Positions 26,801-38,557 of a stretch of DNA of 64,000 nucleotides are shown piece by piece. The first letter of the stretch is position 1. Every line of letters starts with the position of its first letter. The notes beneath the pieces are model-generated. The model did no database searches and was not told where the DNA came from. It saw only the letters and a program-made list of their open reading frames with translations. The translations under genes were made by a program, and so were the position numbers. The DNA lies in the NCBI GenBank assembly GCA_030390025.1, contig CM059431.1, positions 138,758,001 to 138,822,000 of the forward strand, read 5' to 3'. This DNA comes from Squalus acanthias. Lineage: Eukaryota.

Positions 26801-28230
26801 TGTGTAATTAGAGATAGAGGACAGGGTAATTTAGGGGAACACAGTAACTGTGTAAATAGAGATAGAGGACAGGATAATTCAGGCGAACACAGTAACGGTG
26901 TAATTGGAGATAGAGGACAGGGTAATTTAGGGGTACACAGTAACTGTGTAATGAGAGATAGAGGACAGGGTAATTTAGGGGATCACAGTAGCTGTGTAAT
27001 TAGAGATAGAGCACAGGGCAATTTAGGGGAACACAGTAACTGTGCAATTAGAGATAGAACAGGGTAATTTAGATGAACACAGTAACTCTGTAATTAGAGA
27101 TAGAGGACAGGGTAATTTACGGCAACATATTACTGTGTAATTAGAGATAGAGGACAGGGCCATTTAGGGGAACACAGTAACTGTGTAATTAGAGATAGAG
27201 GGCAGGGTAATTTAGGGGAACACAGTAACAGTTTAATTAGAGATAATGGACAGGGGAATTTACGGGAAGACAGTAAATGTAATTAGAGATAGAGGACAGG
27301 GTAATTTAAGGGAACACAGTATCTATGTAATTAGAAATAGTGGACAGGGTAAATTAGGGGAACACAATAACTGTGTAATTAGAGATAGAGGACAGGGTAA
27401 TTTAGGTGAACACAGTAACTGTGTAATTAGAGATAGACGACAGGGTAATTTAGGGGAACACAGTAACTGTGTAATTAGAGATAGAGGGCAGGGTAATTTA
27501 GGGGAACACAGCAACCGTGCAATTAGAGATAGAGGACAGGTTAATTTAGGTGAACACAGTAACTGTGTAATTAGAGATAGAGGAAAGGGTAATTTAGGTG
27601 AACACAGTAACTGTTTAATTAGAGATAGAGGACAGGGTAATTTAGATGAACACAGCAACTCTGTAATTAGAGATAGAGGACAGGGTAATTTAGGGGAACA
27701 CAGTAACTGTGTAATTAGAGATAGAGGACCGGGTAATTTAGGGGAACACAGTAACAGTTTAATTAGAGATAGAGGACAGGGTAATTTAGGGGAACACAGT
27801 AACTGTGTAATCAGAGATAGAGGACAGGGTCATTTAGGTGAACACAGTAACTGTGTAATTAGAGATATTGTACAGGGTAATTTAGGGGTACACAGTAACT
27901 TTTTAATTAGAATTAGTGGACAGGGTAATTTAGGGGTACACAGTAACTGTTGAATTAGAGATAGAGGACACGGTAATTTAGGGGAATGCAGTAACTGTTT
28001 AATTAGTAATAGAGGACAGGGGAAGTAAGGGGAACATTTTAACTTTTTTATTCGAAATAGAGGACAGGAGAATTATGGGGAATGCTGTAACTGTTTAATT
28101 ATAAATTGGGACCAGGGGCAACATAAACTATCTATTTAGAAGTAGGGTCATGGAAAGATATTAACCGTTCAATAACAAATAGTGGGCACAGGAATGCCAG
28201 GAGAACACAACAACTGTTCAATAAAAATAT
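14835..28230. repeat. 48-bp satellite, main block (~270 units, 46-bp variants, degenerate right edge)
   Basis: Same unit as 4990-7511, continuous for >13 kb; decays from ~27960. Confidence 0.98.
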
Positions 28231-28231
28231 C

Positions 28232-28355
28232 AAAATAGAGCGATTGCTGGAAATCTGAAATAACAACAGAAAATGCTGGAAACACTCAGCAGGTCAGGCC
28301 GCATCGAGGAGAGAGAAAGAGAGTCAACGTTTCGGATCGAACCCTTCGTCATAAT
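28232..28355 (-). mobile_element. Penelope-type terminal/SINE-like fragment with decayed hammerhead motif
   Basis: gctggaaacactcagcaggtcagg...gagtcaacgtttcggatcgaacccttcgtcat. Minus strand gives aUGACGA-agggttcgatcc-GAAA-cgtt (first core C mutated). Homologous to 51090-51219. Confidence 0.6.
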
Positions 28356-29344
28356 TGGAAAGTATAGGGAAGAGAGATTTTTAAGTATTGGCTGTTTAAT
28401 TCGAAACGTGGGCGAGAATCACAACCATAAGGGGTGGAATTTGACACTCTAATGTAATGGTTAACTTTGCTTTCTATTTTACTTTTTGATTTTGGCTGAT
28501 GTGGTTCATTACAAATCGACTTCTCACGATTGTAGCTGGGTGCAGATGCATCGCATCTGAGTCTGATGGAGTGAAAACCTGTGCCTGAACCCTGACTGGT
28601 ACCTTAAGTACTGTTGGTCGTCTGACTCCAATTAAATGAGAATGTGCCTGTTACACAGAATTACTCGCAACTCATAATCACTGCCCCTGAAGCTGGATGG
28701 CAGCCGGATTGGCAAAGCCTGGTCTCCACAGAGACTTGAAACCAAGTGGAGTTTGGCTTTTACAGAAACTCAGGATCAAGTGGAACTTTGAAGAGCGACG
28801 TGTAAAGGGGGCACTTGATCACAATTAATAAATGAAGCTCATTCACAAAGTACTGAAGCTATTGTTAGCGAAAGGTATTCAATCAGGTTCTTGTACAATG
28901 AAGTGAGGTAGCACAGGTATTTTTAGCACACAATATATGCAATAGTACTTAAACATACAATTAAAGCTACTAACCACAATCACAGCTGCTGATTGTTGGT
29001 TGGGGATTCAAACGTGTTGTAGTTCTGAATTCAGTATCTTGGACCATTGCGAATGCTCATTCCAAACTGTCACATTTCCACTGCCTCTTCATATCAATCC
29101 TCACAATTTTGCATTATCTAATCAAATAGAAGTGAAAATACAACTCCATATAAGGAAAATTTAACGGAGTCATCTTTTTATAATAAATGATAGTTTCATT
29201 TATTAAAGAGCACGTTTTCCTTTGGGCTGACACGCAATTTACCTAAGTTCATTATATTACCAATAATTTCACACTTGTTCCTTTAATTGCAATTCGACCA
29301 ACTGAATATTTTAATTATAACTCTTTCTTTATTTCTGCACCATT

Positions 29345-29690
29345 TGTACCAATTAACTCGCCCAGGTTCCTTAGGCAGCACATCCCAAACCCGCAAACTT
29401 TTCCACCTAGAAGGACAAGGGCAGCAGGCCCAGGGGAACACCACCACTCAGGTTCCCCTCCAAGTCTCACACTATCCTGACTTGGAAGTTTATCGCCGTT
29501 TTTTTCATCACCGTTGGGTCAAAATCCTGGAACTCCCTCCCTAACAGCACTCTAGGAATACCTTCACCACAGGGACTGCAGCGGTTCAAGAGGGTGGATC
29601 ACCAGCACCTTCTTAAGGGCAATTAGGGACGGGCAATAAATGCTGGCCCTGCCAGCGCCGCCCACATCCCATGAACGAATAAAAAAATGA
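29345..29690 (+). mobile_element. LINE 3' end fragment with A-rich tail
   Basis: gggtcaaaatcctggaactccctccctaacagc...ggcaataaatgctggcc...atgaacgaataaaaaaa. The reverse complement of this family appears at 41255-41640 and 57660-57850. Confidence 0.75.
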
Positions 29691-30569
29691 TGATGACAGT
29701 CCAGATGTTTATCTTTAAATAATTAACAGATTTCCAACACTGTTATCAAATGATTAAAGTTCTCTGAAATGTATGAATCAGTTTACAATGACATGTCTTT
29801 AATTACATTTCTTCTTACTGCAACCTGAATCTGACCATTGCTGCAGGGTGAGCCCTCGCTCCTCAGCTCAGTGCTACTTTAAATTGACTGCTTAACAGGC
29901 AAAGGCTAAAGGTTAACATTACTACAATATTAAGATAAACCAATACAGTATAATATTATCAGACTTCAGGACCGTCTGATTCTCCCTTCCCGTATAGTGC
30001 CCTCTGTCGTAGCATTAGAGTATTTAAGGTCAGCATTCAACTATATCTCATCAGCAACGTATATCTATCGCGGTCTATTCTTTTGTGCATATCTCTACCG
30101 ATGGGTTTTACACATTAAACTCTCCAGAGCCACATTAACCTTTTCAAGTAGGGTTGTTTTCAGCATGATTGACCGTGTCTTGGACCTGTTCGCCATGGAA
30201 TCTTCATCATGAATATCGCAGGCTAGCTGCTTTTGCACAACACGTCACTTCTGCACACACAGCGATAATCCAAGATCATGCAGCGCAATACATCCGACAC
30301 AAAACATTCCTGCCCTTTCTGTCAATCCGGGGGGGGGGGGGAGGGCGGATTCTTTAGGTGTTAAATTTTAAGATAACAACTACTTTCTTCTCATTATTCA
30401 GTTTAAGCAAGAACACAACCATCTCCAACGGAAAGCTATCAATTAAACATCTTAACTAAAATGTATGGACTTTCACGAGATTTGCATTGATTCCAGACTT
30501 ATATCTTTTGGCGAGTCGTGCAAAGGTGACTTACGTTAAGAAGGGACGTGATAGTATATGTAGAATGAG

Positions 30570-30830
30570 ATAGTTTCCATTAGTTGAGGATCAAGAACTA
30601 ACTGCCACAACTAAAAGGATAAATGGAAGAGATTTAGAACTGAGTGCAGGATAACCCTCTTTACACGGAGAGTTGTGAGGCTGTGGATTGGATATAACAA
30701 TGAATAAAAATAGGTTGATGGGATGCTGAGATAAGGCGGGTAAAGTGAATGGAACTATTTTCTCCGGTGCAGTGTAAACGCGGACACGGACTGGTTCGGT
30801 AAAATTATCTGTCCCTTGTTTTCAATTCTA
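30570..30830 (+). mobile_element. Old CR1 3' end remnant
   Basis: tttccattagttgagg..agaact..tttagaactgag..tttacacggagagttgtgaggctgtgg resembles the CR1 ORF2 end at 63417-63535. Confidence 0.55.
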
Positions 30831-31382
30831 CAACATTGTGATGACCAGTTGAGATTTTCAGTAAATATCTGTGAACAAAGATGTCTAATGTCTCATTGAC
30901 GCGTCAAGTTCCTAAAGTCTCCATCATCAGACACTGATCAGGAGACAGGCCCCGTTCTATTGGTCCAGGAGTCAATGGGGGGCGGAGTCTGATGGGGAGA
31001 CCAGCGCCTGCAACATTCACACCGAGATCACAGAATTATAGATAACCACAATTGTAACACATTGTTTCTACACTAAAGGAAACTTTAATTATTAATTAAA
31101 GTGGAGCGTCTCATTCCAGTGCCTGCGGTGTGAGGCAGTTAACGCTGGGGCCCATATGTTCCACTGCACTGCTGAAGCTCAGTCATGGCTGTTCTCTTTG
31201 AATTTTGAGCGGGAAATGCGCTGTTTTAGGAGAAATTGATTATGTTCACCGGGGAAAACAGCAGACATCAGACACACGGCACAAATTGGGAGAAATGTTT
31301 TCTGATCCTTTTTATTTTCACAACAGCAAAGCATAGTATTTGAACTCTAGTTTGGACCGGGATCTTTGTTTTATGTTTTCAT

Positions 31383-33094
31383 TTATTTGCAAATAAATGT
31401 CCAAGGTGTTTTCATCGCCTGTTTCAGCTCTTCCCTGAATTTAGTTTGAGTAGCTGCATAAATACACGTGTTTGTACAGGAACTCAAATACATGAGAATA
31501 TATCCGGTTTCAGTGGCAATATAGGCAGGGGCGGCATAATCGCCTCGGTAATCCGCGGTGTTTTTCAGTCTGGTAATTAAATTAGTAACGCTAGTTGTCA
31601 GCCACAACAGTATGAAACTGGCCGATAGAGTGAACAGTAAAATGATGGATTTCCTTCGGTTTTTCATCTCTGGATCGCTCTGATTCTCACTACTGTGACC
31701 CCGGAGTCCCCTGCGGGCTCGACTGGCCACTATAATACGTCTGGCTGTCAAACAATTAAACAGTAATATCAAAGCAAAACTAAGCCAAGAAAAACAAATG
31801 CTACGTAACCAGGAAAACGCCACTCCTACAGGCGATGAAGAAAACTCCGCTCTGGGTCGGCAACCCCAGTGAACATTGTTAATTATTCTCTCAGGTTCAA
31901 ATGCAAACCAAAACACGAGGCTCTGTAAACAGATCAGGACAGAGACCGTTGTTATAACCGCGGCCGCAGTTCTCACTCTGCAATACTTGGTTTTAAACTT
32001 CTCACAACATATAGCTACAAATCTGTCAAATGCGAACGAGACTGTGAACCACGCCGACAAATACACGGTGACACATTGCAGGTATATAATGATCTTACAA
32101 ACGGCAGTTAACGACAGGAATGAATGTGGAAAGTGATAACGTAAAATGCGGTTCACTAATATATTGATGATCATGACCAGTAGATCTGCTGTTGCCATGG
32201 CCACTATGTAGACAGAGATACATTTGGAAAGGCCGCAGTTTCCTCTGGAGAGAATCACGATTGTCAGTAGGTTCGCTGTGAGAAAGAGGGACAAGAGGTA
32301 AGTAACGGGGTCATTCAGATAAATCTCGCAGGTTATTGTGGGGAAATGTTCGGATGTGTCCCTATTTAGTGTTATGCGCACGGATTTTTTCATTAATATA
32401 GGCAATGGTGAAGACACTTTACTTAAAATAATGACATCACTGAACGTTCAATATCGAGGGACTGAAAATCCACCGTCCGTCCAGCAAACTTCAGTCAAGT
32501 ATTAAATATAATTACACAGCAATTAATGGAAAGATATAATTCAAATAAAACATTCAAATGCGATTAAAGAAAACGTTCACATTATACTCAAACGCTGCCG
32601 AGAGGAGGGGACACCTTCCTGAACGGAAATTATTTCCTAAAATACCTTTCAAAATCCCCTGTTGGGTGGAAGTTTCTGCAGTCCGAATTATTATTAAGTT
32701 AATGTAGAAAGGGAACAACGGCACAAATTATGTGATTACAATGGGCACTGAGCAACACATTCTTAATGAGCTATGTGTTGTTGGAGATGCCGGGGAATCA
32801 ACCTCGCCCTCCCTCAGTATAGGGAGGAACATTGAGCGCCCGGTGCCCGCGATCTAGCGACCAGAACAGCGCCTCAGCGGTCGCGCGACCGACTAGGATT
32901 GCCGTTGATTTTCACCGACTGATCCCGGTGAATAAATGACTCTGCAATGTGGACATTCTGGGAATCTGTTACATTAACACTGTGATAGTCAACAGGCATT
33001 AGGCAACAGGCTACATTGACTTACCGGGAATGCCAAATGCTGCGAGTATATGGTAGTAAATGTCCCGTAACTGCAGAATTATTGGCCGTACCAT
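31383..33094 (-). CDS. Class-A GPCR, GPR139/GPR142-like orphan receptor, 2 exons (33094-33025, 32275-31383), 320 aa
   Basis: Exon 1 MVRPIILQLRDIYYHILAAFGIP ends G|gtaagt. Acceptor ctcacag|CG restores (P)ANLLTIVILSRG. Seven hydrophobic segments with MATADL, FDRFVAIC and SSCTNTCIY. The spliced ORF is intact. Confidence 0.9.
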
Positions 33095-33172
33095 TGTTTT
33101 GAAGATTTGTGCGAATTCAGCGCAGCTTTACAATTCCGACTGGAGTATTTCTGAGATCCGTAAATGCTCCTC

Positions 33173-33180
33173 CTTTATAG
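33173..33180 (-). promoter_or_regulatory. Putative TATA box of the minus-strand GPCR
   Basis: CTATAAAG ~80 nt upstream of the ATG. The equivalent CTATAAAT sits at 56562-56569 in the paralogue. Confidence 0.55.
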
Positions 33181-33536
33181 ATGAATCGGTGGCGCAGTGA
33201 GATAATCAGGTTGCACAATAATTGGCGTTAGTTCCAGTCACTTAACAAACAAGGGGCGATTTTCAACCTCAGTGCGCCCGGGCCTCCACTGGGGAAATTG
33301 AACAGTTCAGTCCATGAAACTCCGTCCATTAAAATCAATGAACCGAAAGTAATCCCAAAGGAAATGGACTCTACGCATGTCCAGTAAACACTGAAGGATA
33401 AAGCAAACGTCCCCCCGGACACTGCGGTGATTTCTTGGAGCCTCGTCTTAATTTGGTGAATTCGTCACTCATCCATTGCACAATTAAAATTTGTTTTGTA
33501 CTTTGGTGATGAATGATGTTGAATCGGCTCTTACTT

Positions 33537-34680
33537 TACTGGTGGTGACTCTACTCTAACATTACTGCTGGTGACTCTACTCTAACATTACTGGTGGTGT
33601 CCCTACTCTAACATTACTGGTGCTGACTCTACTCTAGCATTACTGGTGGTGACTCTACTCTAACATTACTAGAGGTGACTCTACTCTAACATTACTGGTG
33701 CTGACCCTACTGTAACATTACTGGTGGTGACCCTATTCTAACATTAATGGTGGTGACCCTACTCTAACATTACTGGTGGTGAGCCTGCTCTAACATTACT
33801 GCTGGTGACGCTACTGCACCATTACTGGTGGTGACTCTACTCTAATATTACTGGAGGTGACTCTACTCTAACAGTACTGGTGGTGACACTACTCGAACAT
33901 AAATGGTGGTGAGCCTACGCTAACATTACTGGTGGTGACCCTGCTCTACCATTACTGGTGGTGACCCTGCTCTAACATTACTGGTGGTGACCCTAATCTA
34001 ACATTACTGGTGGTGGCTCCACTCTAACTTTACTGGGGGTGATTCTACACTAAAATTACTGGTGGTGACCCTGCTCTACCATTAGTGGTGTGGACCCTAC
34101 TCTAACATTACTGGTGGTGACCCTACTCTAACATTACAGGTGGTGACCCTACTCTAACATTCATGGTGGTGACGCTACTCTAACATTACTGGTGGTGACC
34201 CTACTCTAACATTACAGGTGGTGACCCTACTCTAACATTATTCGTGGTGACCATAATCTAACATTACTGTTGGTGAACCTACACTAACATCACTGGTGGT
34301 GACCCTACTCTAACATTACTCGTGGTGACTATACTCTATCTGTACTGTTGGTGACCCTACTCTAACATTACTGTTGGTGCCTGTACACTAACATGACTAG
34401 GATTGACCCAACTCATACATTACTGGTGGTGACCCTACTTTAACGTAACTGTGGGTGGCCCTACTCTAACATTAATGGCTATGCCTCATTACTGCTTGTG
34501 AAACTACGATCATATTACTGGTTCTTACTTGGCTCTAATATTACTGTAGGTGACCCTAATCTAACATTGTTCGCGGTGATCCGATTCTAATATTGTTGGT
34601 AGTGACTCTTCCCAAATGTTACTACTGGTAACAATACTCTAAGCTTTTGGGTGGTGATTCCTCTCTACCATTACTGCTGT
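33537..34680. repeat. 26-bp minisatellite (~44 units)
   Basis: Unit ggtggtgaccctactctaacattact; degenerates after ~34480. Confidence 0.95.
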
Positions 34681-34684
34681 TGAC

Positions 34685-35858
34685 TTTTTTTTTATTTGTT
34701 CACGGGATGCTGGTGTCGCTGTCAAGGACAGTCTTTATTCCATATTTGGACAAAGCTGTAATGAAATCTGGAGCCACGTGATCGTGGCGGATCCCAAACT
34801 GAGCATCGGATAGCAGGTTATTGATCAGCAAGGGACGCTTGATAGCAATGGCGACGACACCTTCCATCACTTTGCTGATAATTGAGAGTAAGGTGATGAG
34901 GCCTAAATTGGGCTGATTTTGATTTCTCCTGCTTTTTGTGGACAGGACATTCCGGGGTAAATTTTCAATATGTCGGTAGATGCCAGTGTTGTAGTTGTAC
35001 TAAAACAACTTGTCTAGAAGTGCAGCTAGATCTGGATCACAAATCTGCAGCACCACAGCCCGGAGGCTGTCGGGCCACAGACTTTGCTGTAACCAGCGCG
35101 CTCAGTCGTTTTTTGATGTCACGTGGAGTGAATCGAATTTGCTGAAACTGACATTGTGATGGTGGCGACCTCAGGAGCAGGCCGAGATGGATCATCCCCT
35201 CGGCAATACTGGCTGGAGATGGCTGCGAATGCTTCAGCTTTTTCTTTTGCACTCCCATGCTTGGCTCCGTCGGCATTAAGGATGGGGATATTAATGGTGC
35301 ATCCTTTCCTAGTATTTGTTTAATTATTCACCGTCATTAAAGATTGGATGTGGCAGGACTGCAGAACTTCATCTGATGCGTTAGGTGTGGGATCACTGAG
35401 CTCTGTCTACAGCAATGTGCTTCCGTTGTTTAGCATGCATGTTGTCCTGTGTTTTAGCTTCCCCAGATTGGAAGCTCATTTTTAAGATACGCCTGGTGCT
35501 GCTCCTGCTTTGTTCTTCTACACTCTTCATTGAACCAGGGTTGGACCCCTGGCTTGATGGTAACAGCAGAGTGAGTGATATGCCGCACCATGAGTTTACA
35601 GATTGAGGTGGAATACAAATCTGCTGCTGCTGATAGCCCACGCGCCTCACGGAGTCCAGCTTTGAGCTGCTAGATCTTTTCTGAATCTATCCCATTTAGC
35701 ACGGGATTCCATCTCCAGAAGGACTGTGCGCTGGTCACTGCTACCATTGCTGTCATGGTCAGATGCATCTGCAACAAGTAGATGGTAAGGATGTGGTCAA
35801 GTAGTTTTTTCCCTCATGATTGTTCTCTCACCACCTGCCAAAAGCTCAGTCCGGCAGC
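34685..35858 (-). mobile_element. LINE (second family) fragments with internal deletions
   Basis: Starts with a reverse-complement tail (ttttttttatttgttcacgggatg). Minus ORF contains QFQQIRFTPRDIKKRLSAL. Confidence 0.75.
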
Positions 35859-35859
35859 C

Positions 35860-36545
35860 AACGTCCAAGGCTCCTCCATCACCATCCCTGGGTATCTGCT
35901 GTCCCACCAGCAGGACAAACCTCCAAGAGGTGCCAGCACAGTGGTATACAGTCGTGAAGGTGTTGTACTGGGAGTATTCTACATTGACATCGGACCTCAT
36001 GCAGTCTCTTGCCATCAGGTCAGTCATGGGCAAGGAATCCTAATGCTGATTGCCACCTACCGGCCTCCGTCAGTGATGGATCAGTACTCTTTCATGTTGA
36101 ACACCACTTGGAAGAAGCACTGAGGGTAGCAATGGCACAGAGTGTTCTCTGGAAGGTGGACTTAAATGTCCAAATCCAAAACTGTCTCAGTAGCACCACT
36201 ACTGACCGAGTTGGCCGACTCCAGAAGTACATAGCTGCCAGACTGAGCTTGGGGAAGGTTTTGAGAGAAATAACACGAGGGAAAACCTACTTGAACTCGT
36301 CCTCAACAATCTACCTGTCTACAGGCATCTGTTCATGGTAGAATATTTAGGAGTGACCACCGCACAGTTCTTGTCGAGACGAAGTGCCGTCTATACACTG
36401 CGGACAACCTCCAATTTGTCGTGTGGCACTACCACCTTGCTAAAAGATTCAGAACAGATTTAGCAGCTCAAAACTTAGCTTCTACGAGGCGCTGTGGGCC
36501 ATCAGCAGCAACAAAATTGTATACCACCACATTTTGTAAAGTCAT
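35860..36545 (+). mobile_element. LINE (second family) endonuclease fragment
   Basis: SSITIPGYLLSHQQD, LIATYRPPS and VEHHLEEAL are APE-type motifs. Confidence 0.75.
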
Positions 36546-36617
36546 GGTGCAAGATTATCATGGATTAATTTGATTTTAGAATATTGATTTAACATCTTAT
36601 AATAATAAATATCTATA

Positions 36618-37650
36618 ATCATAGAATCATAGAATGGTTGCAGCACAGAAGGAGGCCATTAGGTCCATCGAGCCCGTGCTGGCTCTCTGCAAGCGCACTT
36701 CAGCTAGTCCCTCTCGCCGTCCTTTCATCGTAGCCCTGCAATTGTTTTCCTTCAGGTACTTACCCAATTCCATTTTAAAAGCTCCGATTGAGTCTGCCTC
36801 CCCCAGCCTTTCAGGCAGTGCATTCCATATCCTAACCACTCGCTGCATAAAAAAGTTATTTCTCATGTCGTTTTTGTTTCTTTTGCCAATCATCTTAAAT
36901 CTGTGTCTTCTGGTTCTCGACCCTTAAGCCCATGGGAACAGTTTGTCACTATCTACTCTGTCTAGACACCTCATAATTTTGAATATATCTGTCAAATCTC
37001 CTTTCAACCATCTCTGCTGAAAGGAGAACGACCCTAGTGTTTCTAGTCTATCCACGTAACTGAAGTCCCTCGTCACTGGATTATTCTCGGAGTTATTTTC
37101 TGCAACATCTCTAAGGCCTTCACAGTCTTGCTGAAGTGCGGCGCCCAGAATTAGACAAATATTTCAGTTTATGCCGAACCAGTATTTTATAAAGGTTCAT
37201 TATAACTTCCTTGCTATTGTACTCTATGCCTCTATTTATGAAGCCCAGAATTTCGTATGTTTCTTTAACCGCTTTCTCAACCTGCCCTTCCAGCTTCAAC
37301 TATTTGAGCACATATACCCTCAGGTCACTCTATTCATGCACCCACTTTAGAATTGTACCCTTTCGTTTATATTGCCTCTCCTCGTTCTTCCTAACAAAAT
37401 GTAACACTTCGCACTTTTCTGCGTTAACTTTCATCTGCCACGTGTCCGTCCATTTCACCAGCCTGTCTATGTTTTCTTGAAGTCTATCACTATCCTCCTC
37501 ATTGTTTACTATACTTGAAAGTTTTGTGTCAGTCGCAAATTTAGAAATTGTTCCCTGTATTCAGAAGTCCAAGTCATTAATATATATCAAGAAAAGCAGT
37601 GGTCCTAGTACCGATCTCTGGGGAACAACGCTGTGTAACTGCCTCCAGTC
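36618..37650 (-). mobile_element. CR1 3' fragment
   Basis: (atcataga)n tail at the left end. Minus ORF contains NFFMQRVVRIWNALP. Confidence 0.88.
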
Positions 37651-38192
37651 CAATCATCTGTCATGAGGTTATAATCGTGTGTATGAATTAAAAGTAGAAA
37701 TCTGTTATCATCATATTTATGCAATGGTAACCTGAATTATATATGACATGTAATCATTTTGCTTACACATAAAACTATGTGAGTTAACTGCATCCATAAA
37801 GCCTGGGTGAGAAAAAGGATTGCTATCGCCGAATAGGGAGGCTGTAGGTGAAAGGTAGACATTAACCACAGTAAGGATGAGATATGGAGAGCAGCTAGCC
37901 GGGGAAGCAGGGTCAGGTGTAGCTGTATTGGAATGTTATGATGTCTGCAGTGAAACTAAAACATAAGCTTTTCACACAAACAGCAAGGACGGCATATCTC
38001 TGCACTCTGGAGACATGTTCCGTTGTGTTGCCATAACGACCCCAAATATGAGTCTTGATGGTCAAAAACAGATGATGTAAGTGTGTCATAAGTGTAGAAC
38101 TTGCGTAAGCCAAGTTGCTGCAGACGTGGAATCTCTGTGATTGGATTGGAGGGTTTGGGTGTAAGCCAGCGTTTGGTTCAGTAAGACTCCAT

Positions 38193-38378
38193 GGCCTCAA
38201 AATTCGTCTCGGACGGAGGGGAAAAACGGGCGGTATCGGATCGGCCGCCAGTTATACGCAGCGCCTGATATTCAGTTCTATTGCAGTCAATGGATCTGAA
38301 TTTCAGGCGTTGTGTCCAACGGGTGGCCGATCCGATATCGCCCGTTATTCGTCACCGCCCGAGACGAATTTCTAGCCC
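38193..38378. mobile_element. Palindromic MITE with Harbinger-like termini
   Basis: Left arm aaattcgtctcggacggaggggaaaaacgggcggtatcggatcggccgcc matches the reverse complement of the right arm at 43/50. Inner arms cgcctgatattcag/ctgaatttcaggcg. The right terminus reads gggctagaaatt on the minus strand. Confidence 0.8.
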
Positions 38379-38557
38379 TTCGAAAGGTTTTGAATGAGAG
38401 TAAGGGCATAACAAGGGCATCTTACCAGCCACACATTGTAGAAGATTTCAGGACGATTCAAGGAGACACGCGGGAGACAAATAGAGAAGAGGGACCAGAG
38501 ACACAGGATGCTGCTTAATCACGGTTGTCCTTCTACCCAAATGATAACGGGGTAGTA

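Noticed and set aside
5376..27953. Repetitive ORFs (IRDRGQGNLGEHSNCV)n and (LLCSPKLPCPLSLITQ)n
   Set aside because: By-products of a 48-bp (multiple of 3) satellite. Frames are broken randomly by 46-bp variants and stops.
4990..28230. CRISPR-like appearance of the regular palindromic repeats
   Set aside because: No unique spacers, no cas genes, eukaryotic context.
29990..30330. Possible very old Penelope ORF remnant
   Set aside because: Only a vague resemblance; cannot be supported without alignment.
32276..32417. N-terminal extension of ORF 31383-32417 (and the MFLFLT start of 58382)
   Set aside because: Intronic read-through. A canonical acceptor and a conserved upstream exon 1 explain the true N-terminus.
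37655..38190. Possible solo LTR
   Set aside because: Starts with TGT, but no clear CA end, TSD or second copy is visible.
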